From NCBI GenBank assembly GCA_965644315.1, contig CBFFRQ010000187.1, positions 1-26,010 on the forward strand: 26,010 bases of DNA, written 5' to 3'. Under the pieces are notes generated by a model. It had not been told where the DNA came from. It worked only from the letters and a program-made list of their open reading frames with translations, and made no database searches. Made by a program: the position numbers and the translations under genes. Positions 18,933 to 26,010 of the stretch are shown piece by piece (the stretch's first letter is position 1; the number at the start of each line of letters is the position of its first letter). The DNA is from Caecitellus pseudoparvulus (Eukaryota; Protista; Bigyra: Bicosoecida).

Positions 18933-20582
18933 CTAAACTGTTAGGAGCACGCGCTCTCCCACTCGAAGGGACACCTGCAACACCCCTGGCTCTTCTCGAA
19001 GGGAGCTGACGGAAACGACGCCCTGCTCGTCGGCGAGCACGGAAGCAATGTCGGACCCAGTGCCCCCACCATGGCCACATACACCTGCCGGGGTGCACAC
19101 TGCGAGCCATGGTGCCAATGTAGCGTCCGCGTGGTCAAGTCTCCAGGTCAAGGTGCCAGACCCAACGTTTCGCAGAAGCAGCTGTTGGGTGCTGTTGCCG
19201 CCTGGGATGACGTTGCGCTCCATGACGCGAGGCCGTATGTCCGAGATCGGCGCGATGACCCGCAATGAAACCTGCACGATGACAGGCAAAAGGTCGGCCA
19301 CCCGCAGTCGCCCAGTTGCCCAGCCGGCCGCTTCGTTTGAAGCCGTCGAGTTTGCCTGGAAGGTAGCAGTGGCCCGGTGCAGACCAGGAGGCAGGTTCGC
19401 AGACTGCATGGTCAAGATAACTCCTTGCTGGCCTTGGTTTGCGGGGAGTCGCGCCGTCTGGGATGCAGACAGCGTCAGCCAGCCCTGCTGTTGGCCCCGA
19501 AAGGAAATCTGTGCGTCCCAGTGCACGTGTTCGGCACTGGACACAATGACTGCTTGAGACTTGGTGTCAGACTGGCCGTTGAGCTCGAAAGCAGCGGCCA
19601 CTTCCACAGGGAATGCGGTGAGGAACGGCAAGGGTTGGGTAGTGACACTGGCGGTGGGAGAGGGGGAGGCACCGGGTGATTTCGTTGGTTGGGCGGATGG
19701 ACTGCTGGATGTCGTTGGCGTTGGCGTTCTGCTGCTCGACGGGCGCACGAGGGGCGACCTGGACGGGGCGATGGAAGGCAGCGGCGCTGAGCTTTGAGCC
19801 AAGCCGACCACATTAACGGGCACGACTGCAGTCGCATTCAAGCCCACGACGCCGCGGACGTGAACTACAAAGTCAAATGCTCCCGAGTTCCCAGTCGACT
19901 CCAAGTACGCACTGAGGAGTCGAGGCAGCCCATCAACTGCGGCAGGCCCAAGCTGCAAGTAAAGGGAGACGACCAAGCGTGGAAATGTGGACGTAAAGGT
20001 TCGAGTCACCCTCCAACAGTCAGTCGAGTGCAGACAAGGACCCTAACCATCCAGCCTCGCATCGATGCACTACACGCTCAAAACAACCAGATTCGCAGCA
20101 GATCCGAAGTCTGCTGCATCAGACAGTGACAGGTGAGCGCCAACACTGGTCCCTGTCTGAGCACCGACCAACAACACCGCTGGATCGCGCAGTGCTGCCA
20201 CGATGGTGCCCCCATACAAGGCCACTTCCTGCTGCACAGTCGAGGACAGCCACTCGGGCGGCCTTGAAGACGGAGTCGCGCTGCGAGTTGCTATCACTGA
20301 TGGCGTCACCGAGGGAGAATTGCTGTGGGTGGATGCAGCTGACGAGGAGGGCGTGGCGACGCACGCTGTGGCATCGTGGGATGGGCGTGGAAAACTGCCG
20401 CGAGCATGCTGAAGGATACGGCATGCTACGCATGCACCCTTGTGCAGCGCCTGTGGGAGGCATGCCACCCTGCGCTGCGCGGCGCAGCTGCCGTCAGTGG
20501 CAGTGGCAGAACGCTCCCAGGCGCACGAAGCGGCAGCAACACCAGCACCTCTCGCAAAGCACTCCCTCGTCCACGCTGTCAA
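18933..20582 (-). CDS. N-terminal segments (S/T/P linkers, Ig-like/BACON-like domains) of the same gene, interrupted by in-frame TAGs
   Basis: ORFs 20070..20582, 18933..20009 and 17955..18932 share one frame and are separated only by TAG codons; QQLLLRNVGSGTLTW motif. Confidence 0.6.
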
Positions 20583-21306
20583 GCAAAGAGGGGGTGGAAC
20601 CCGACATCAGTGCAACTCATGCCATGGTCATTCAGCATCGGGCCCCTCCTCCACCGCCAGCAGCTTGGTCAGCGACCAGTCCGCACCGCGAGTAGGCCAA
20701 GACAACAGCAGCGGCGAGCTTCACCGGCAGCAGCGGGGCCAGGGTGGAACGCCAGCCTTCAAACTTCACAATCAACAATGTTTCTAAGGCATTGACGTGC
20801 CAATCACGGCAGCCGGCCCCACCTCGCGTCAGAATCACAAACATCTCCCGTGCAGGACGCTGCACCTACATCCGATTTCCGCAGCTCAGCTGCCTGCTCT
20901 GCGCTGCCCCCGGGCGTCCTGCCGCTGCATTACAGCGGCAAGGAGAATTCAGGCACTTTGATATATGGACGAGACATTTCAATGATGGCCACTCAGGGCT
21001 CCCAGTCCTGCCCATTTCGCTGCCAGGCTGCAGAACGTGTTTGACTGGCTCTGCCCCCGGCAGCGCAAACCATTGCAAGGCGCTGCTGTGCACGATGGCA
21101 TGCCTGCCCAGATACAGGGACTGCACAGCACACCATGACATGCTTAGTAGCATTGGGAAACCTCCAGACGTGTTTGTTCAATGGAATCCAATGACGGCAC
21201 GGCCATGATCTGCAAAGGCAAGGCTCACACCTGTCTCGCATCGAAGGCCAAGCCTGGCAAGCTGTGTGGCGGAGTGAGCATGAAGCAAGACATCTGACCT
21301 TCACGG

Positions 21307-21807
21307 ATGCTCCCCAAACCTGGGGGTCGATTTGCTTATGACAACCGCAGTGCTCCACACGCTGGTGACACTGCTTGCCCAGCTTTGAACGATCTGAAAC
21401 GAAATGTACGTGAGAACAGTGTCTGTCTGGAACACGCCCACATACTGCCCCAGGGCCTGGCAAATGCCTCTGAAGCACTGGAGGCATTTGCTGGGCCCTT
21501 GCGGCAAAAGTTGCTCCCGAAGTCTGGGGGTGCCGCAGAGGGCAAAAGTTTCTACAGGCCCCACGAGGTGGTCGCCGCACCCCCCGGACGGATGCAAGTC
21601 CTGAAAACGTGCATTCGGTACTGTGGGGCCGTGTTTGATCACGTGGTAGAAGCTCAACTTCAAGGCGCAGGCGTGGGACGCGGGCAGCCCGCCGCAGACC
21701 TCGCGCGGCGAGCCCGCTACACGGCCGCCACGCCTGCCGCCTGGACCATGCCAAGCCACCTCGCTTCTGGGCGAGATGGCGCAACAGCGGAGGAAGAAAG
21801 TGAGTGA
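21307..21807 (+). CDS. Possible short ORF or fragment with an HNH-like LEHAHILP motif
   Basis: ATG-started 166-aa ORF; motif resemblance only. Confidence 0.2.
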   Translation: MLPKPGGRFAYDNRSAPHAGDTACPALNDLKRNVRENSVCLEHAHILPQGLANASEALEAFAGPLRQKLLPKSGGAAEGKSFYRPHEVVAAPPGRMQVLKTCIRYCGAVFDHVVEAQLQGAGVGRGQPAADLARRARYTAATPAAWTMPSHLASGRDGATAEEESE

Positions 21808-22277
21808 GACAAGCTTGCTATGGATTGATAGTGCATTGATTGATGTTATTCTGAAATTCCCAGTGTCGTAACGCGCGGCGGGGCTGTTTTGGGTTGCGGG
21901 GTGGCGCGGTGTGCACGGGGTCGCTGCGGCGCCCCAACACGCCAAGGCCGAAAGCCGCACCCAACTCGCCCAACAGGCGCCGAACGCCTGAAAGACGACA
22001 AACAACATTAAACTACTATGTTCTTGAAGGGACAGGCTCATTGTACATGGTGAATCTCCATGTTTTGTGCAAGATACGTGTACAAGACCAAGCGAGCACT
22101 GTTGCCCGCTTCTTTCGAGGAGCAAGTGTGAGGTGTGTGTGGTGAAAACAAGAGGCGACAATGCATTGAACTTCCTGAACATGTTCTCTGCGAAGGCCAA
22201 ATTGCTGAAATGTGATCTTTCTACCTCACTGAGAAGAATCACGTCATGTTTGCATTGGGCGTTGAGTGACCAACACA

Positions 22278-25025
22278 TTACCATCTAGAGAACTTGGGTC
22301 CCCAGGAATTGTCGACAGGGTTGCGGACGTGGTCGTTGATCTTGCCCATATTCCCCCACTCCACTCGGCTCCTGTCATCGAGAAGTGAAAGGTTAAACAT
22401 CTTGATCGTCAATGCAGTCTTGTAATCCCAGTTCCAAGGCCAGTCAAGGATGTTGAAGTATTGGAAGTCAACGCTGCCCCACACGTCGTAGCGACCAGGA
22501 AAGATGAAGAAGCGGTCCACGTTTCTGTTCCAGGGGCCATACGCATATGCTTGTTGAACATAAAACCCGGAGATTGTGATCTTGGCGCGCACAGCATCGC
22601 CAGCCTTGCCGCAGCAGTTAGGGTAAAAGTACGCAATCAACTTCACGACAAGGACGTCACGGTATACGATATGAACGCTGGACCCTCCACCCTTCGTTTC
22701 AAACATGTGATTGTACCAGTCGATGTTGATGGAACCCAGCTTCTTGTCAAACATGCCGAGGATACCCCTCAGCGCACCACGGATGAAGCCTGGTAGGCCC
22801 CTCATCTTGTCGACAACGTTAGAGAACTTCAGCGCGACGTCGACATAAAAGTGAATGTGCTTTCTCAAGCCCCTGAACCTAGAAAACGTCGTGCCACCTG
22901 CCACGCACAAGACTTCATATGCGCAGCCTTCAGCGTAGATGTTGAACTCGCCCTGGCCAGTGAGCCAATGCCGCTTGTACTCAAAAGAGACTGTCACCCT
23001 GGAAAGCTCAATGTTGAAGCCGATGATGGGCGTGTACATGTCCAAAGTGATCGATAGGATGCCAAAGTCCAGCTTTTTCCCGCCGGTCCTTGTGCGCGAG
23101 CGCAGCATGCGCCGGGCAGGTGCGCTGAGCCCTGCGAGGCGTCGTTCAGTCAGTGCCCGAGACATGGTCGAGTTGCCATACTCATCCGTATCCTCTGCTT
23201 CCAGCTGTGCATCGACCACAGTCTGGTACCACTCTTGGTAGCTCGCGTCCGGGCTGTCCACATAGAATCGCAAGCTGCTGCCATCGATCGCGGCCGCCCC
23301 GCCCATTTGTGGTGGATACTGAGCGCCCCAATCCCATACCCCTGCGATGGAGTCAAGGTCGTCGTCCGGGAACTCTTCCCGGGGCACACCCAGCACATGA
23401 GTGGCGTTGGTCTCCATCTCTTCATACTGCACAGAGTATTCGGTCATGTTTTCTGGGTGCATGCGGCGCTCAAACGCTGCCGTGAAGCGGTTTGCGGCGG
23501 GGTGGGCCACCGCCGTGGTCTGGGCCATGCAGCGCTCAAGCTCGTCCAGACTCGGCACAGAAATGTCCAAGGCTTCGAACTGAGGTGCGTCATCACCGAC
23601 AAGGTACGTGTCCATCTCAATGTAGTTGCCTTCAGACAGCAGCAGACGGGGCACCTGGGTGTTAATGTCGTCGAAGTAGTCCAAGTGCTTCCACTCGCCA
23701 CGGTTGCCGGCGCTCTCGACCGGCTGGTAGGACAGGCGGAAGCGACGCATGTCGCCGACCTCGCCGACATAGTGGAAAAGGTAGTCGTCAGGGATGTCCA
23801 TGGGCATCATGCCCTCGGAAACCTGGCAATGAGACAGCAAGCCGGTGTGATCCTGTTGCCATGTGTACGTGAAGCCGTCCTTCGCATGGTGCACCGACAC
23901 GGTGCCGGGGAAGCCCGGTGACCTGTCCACGAGGAACTGGTCTGTTGAGTTCACAACTATGGATCTGTAGTTCTTGACATACATGGCATCCTGATATTGA
24001 ACCACGCCTGGTCCTGCGAATTCGTCCCCTCCCACGGCGACACGGCAAGGATCTTCCCCTGCCGTGGCGTCAGGCAAACATGGCAAGTACATGCTAGAGG
24101 TTGCATAGAAAAAGCTAGGCATCGATGGTTTCACAACAGTCGTGCACGTCCACTCCACGTCGTCGATCAAGTTGAAGAAGCCCACGATGGAGACTGTGCC
24201 TGACAGGCGCCGGCCGCCGTTGGTCGCGCCGGCCAGAGACTCCAGCACGTTCGTGCCGGTGCCGGAGGCTTCAGACTCTTCCACGGCAAAGCCAGCTTCA
24301 GAGAACAACTGTCCCACCTCGTGGTCGAAGGTGAGTTCCACATCATCCAAGATCACCCGGCCCACAGATGTGACCAGCACGAGCACACTGCCGCATGCGG
24401 CACCGTTGCGCGGGACGCGAACGATGGAGGAAATGCGCAGGGAAACCGTCGCGCCCATGTCGGACTCCAGCTCAAACCACTCCAGCTCCTTGAAGTACTT
24501 GTCAGGCATGGTGGAGGACAGCTCGCGCTTCTGGTACTGCCGGCGCACACCGAGAGCGCTTGCCAGGCGGCCAGATGGGGAATGTGCTTCGCCATCGGAC
24601 AGCGCCAAGCGGCGAGCGGAAGAGTCAGAGCCAGGGGCATCACGGGCCAGGATGGCGCCTTGGGAAGTTACGGTCAGGTCAGAGGAGGCAGTTTGGACGA
24701 CGTCTCCGTTGTTGTTGGTCAGTTTGGTGCTTCCCTCTTTCACGTGTGTTTCCTTCGACAGCTCCACAGCGGCATAGGTCAAGGCCATGTTCGCGCCGAG
24801 GAGGAGCACAAGCAGCGCAAGGAGGACCCCCACGACGATCTTCAGGATTTGGCCAAGTTGTTGACTGCGCTTCCATGCAGCAGCAGCGTCACGAAGTTCT
24901 TCGCCGTCCACAACACCGCTAGCGTCCAGGTCGAAGGCGGCAAGTGTGCTGCTCAGTCCAGGTGGGAGCTTGTCCAAGTCAAACTTCAGCCGGCCTTGCT
25001 GCATGGAAATGCCATTCATGGACAT
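22278..25025 (-). CDS. 915-aa single-pass membrane protein with an N-terminal EF-hand-like loop and a large luminal/extracellular region
   Basis: Uninterrupted ORF; AFDLDASGVVDGEEL; TM helix IVVGVLLALLVLLLGANMAL; several RRL motifs; TAA stop. Confidence 0.88.
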   Translation of the reverse strand: MSMNGISMQQGRLKFDLDKLPPGLSSTLAAFDLDASGVVDGEELRDAAAAWKRSQQLGQILKIVVGVLLALLVLLLGANMALTYAAVELSKETHVKEGSTKLTNNNGDVVQTASSDLTVTSQGAILARDAPGSDSSARRLALSDGEAHSPSGRLASALGVRRQYQKRELSSTMPDKYFKELEWFELESDMGATVSLRISSIVRVPRNGAACGSVLVLVTSVGRVILDDVELTFDHEVGQLFSEAGFAVEESEASGTGTNVLESLAGATNGGRRLSGTVSIVGFFNLIDDVEWTCTTVVKPSMPSFFYATSSMYLPCLPDATAGEDPCRVAVGGDEFAGPGVVQYQDAMYVKNYRSIVVNSTDQFLVDRSPGFPGTVSVHHAKDGFTYTWQQDHTGLLSHCQVSEGMMPMDIPDDYLFHYVGEVGDMRRFRLSYQPVESAGNRGEWKHLDYFDDINTQVPRLLLSEGNYIEMDTYLVGDDAPQFEALDISVPSLDELERCMAQTTAVAHPAANRFTAAFERRMHPENMTEYSVQYEEMETNATHVLGVPREEFPDDDLDSIAGVWDWGAQYPPQMGGAAAIDGSSLRFYVDSPDASYQEWYQTVVDAQLEAEDTDEYGNSTMSRALTERRLAGLSAPARRMLRSRTRTGGKKLDFGILSITLDMYTPIIGFNIELSRVTVSFEYKRHWLTGQGEFNIYAEGCAYEVLCVAGGTTFSRFRGLRKHIHFYVDVALKFSNVVDKMRGLPGFIRGALRGILGMFDKKLGSINIDWYNHMFETKGGGSSVHIVYRDVLVVKLIAYFYPNCCGKAGDAVRAKITISGFYVQQAYAYGPWNRNVDRFFIFPGRYDVWGSVDFQYFNILDWPWNWDYKTALTIKMFNLSLLDDRSRVEWGNMGKINDHVRNPVDNSWGPKFSRW

Positions 25026-26010
25026 GGCCGCAGTTACCTGGTCAACAGAGGTGGAACCCTCCCCGTCAGCGGCTTGTGGCGCTTGGCTTGCCGATTCCTT
25101 TGCCGGCTCCGGAGCGTCAGGCTGAGCCTGCGAAATTGAGAAAGGCGCATTCGGCGTCCCAAACCATGAAACATTGCTTTGCAGTCGAGATCAGGATCGC
25201 ACCGCCGCGGCGCTGCAGAGGGAGAAGGCATGGGTTCGTGTTGGCGTGTTGGAACGAATGGTTGTCAGTTGGCATGCGTGAGTCATTGCGGGCTCTCAGC
25301 GAGACGCAAGCTCTCGCAGCCGGGGGGAAGCAAACTTACCCATCATCAGGCACTTTGTCCGCAGGAACAACAGAATCTGCCATGGCTAGGACTGTGGAAC
25401 TGGGAGAGAGGGCCACTTCTGGGAGTGACGTTGCGGAACTGACGCCGGGCGAAACGCAGGCACACACTTGGTCTTTCCCCAACCTTAGAAAAAGACTACA
25501 GAGACAATCTCAAGTGGAGATTGTCAGAGAGCGATTCATCCAGCTTGAACACGCAAGCCAGAGAACTAGATGGAATGTGTCGAGTGCTGGCAAACTGACT
25601 GCACACGGTACCCCCCCTGATGGTGTGCATGAGGGGCGCGAAGGGGGGGACTTGGACACTGAAGCTGTGCAGCGTCCCCTGGGCCCCCGTCATCTGCTTG
25701 CTCCCCTGGAAGATGACCAACATCCAGCCTCAAGTGACGAACATCCCGGTGCCGCTGGAACGCTACGAAAGGGCAAGAAGACCAAATCCTGCACAAAAGG
25801 CTGCACCCTCAGACTCGACTCCAAGCTACGCACCGGAACCTCACATGATTCAAAACACGCGCAAATATCACCATGCGACCCTCCAGCAGCCTGGCAAGCA
25901 CGGAACTTGCTTTGTGTTCAGCCTTTATCCCAGCCATCCCTTCGAGACTTGCCAACAAGTTTGCACCAAGCCAGCTGTGCTGCTGCCAACCCGTCGCTCC
26001 TACTGCCCTG

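Noticed and set aside
20041-20048. Isolated CCCTAACC inside the large gene
   Set aside because: A single 8-mer with no element 3' sequence beside it; compatible with chance
18933-20072. Genome-wide TAG reassignment
   Set aside because: The other long host ORFs (915, 865, ~500 and ~420 aa) contain no in-frame TAG
21301-22284. 327-aa minus-strand ORF
   Set aside because: Overlaps the stop of the 915-aa gene, lies in its probable 3' region, and has no recognisable motifs
25496-26010. Possible gene fragment at the window edge
   Set aside because: Only short ORFs with no motif; strand and frame cannot be determined

Overview
This is the left end of a chromosome from a GC-rich, intron-poor eukaryote with TTAGGG telomeres, probably a protist. 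Bases 1-11,207 form a head-to-tail array of telomere-attached elements separated by (TAACCC)n tracts. All are oriented 5' end toward the chromosome tip, and all end in ...AGC-TAAC(CC). The array holds two near-identical full-length copies of a 2.9-kb element A (one ~694-aa ORF, no recognisable RT), two 25-33-nt stubs of A's extreme 3' end inside the telomere tract, and a 5'-truncated element B. B encodes the C-terminal part of a LINE-type ORF2 (GG-IPD motif plus CCHC zinc knuckle). A and B have unrelated-looking ORFs but share a covarying multi-hairpin 3' RNA structure. B is joined through a single TAACCC into the sixth repeat of an RCC1-repeat gene, consistent with healing of a broken chromosome end by retrotransposition. 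The proximal 15 kb carries host genes transcribed toward the telomere: the truncated RCC1-repeat gene, an ankyrin-repeat gene, a large interrupted Ig-like/Cys-rich/multi-TM gene, and an EF-hand-like single-TM gene.
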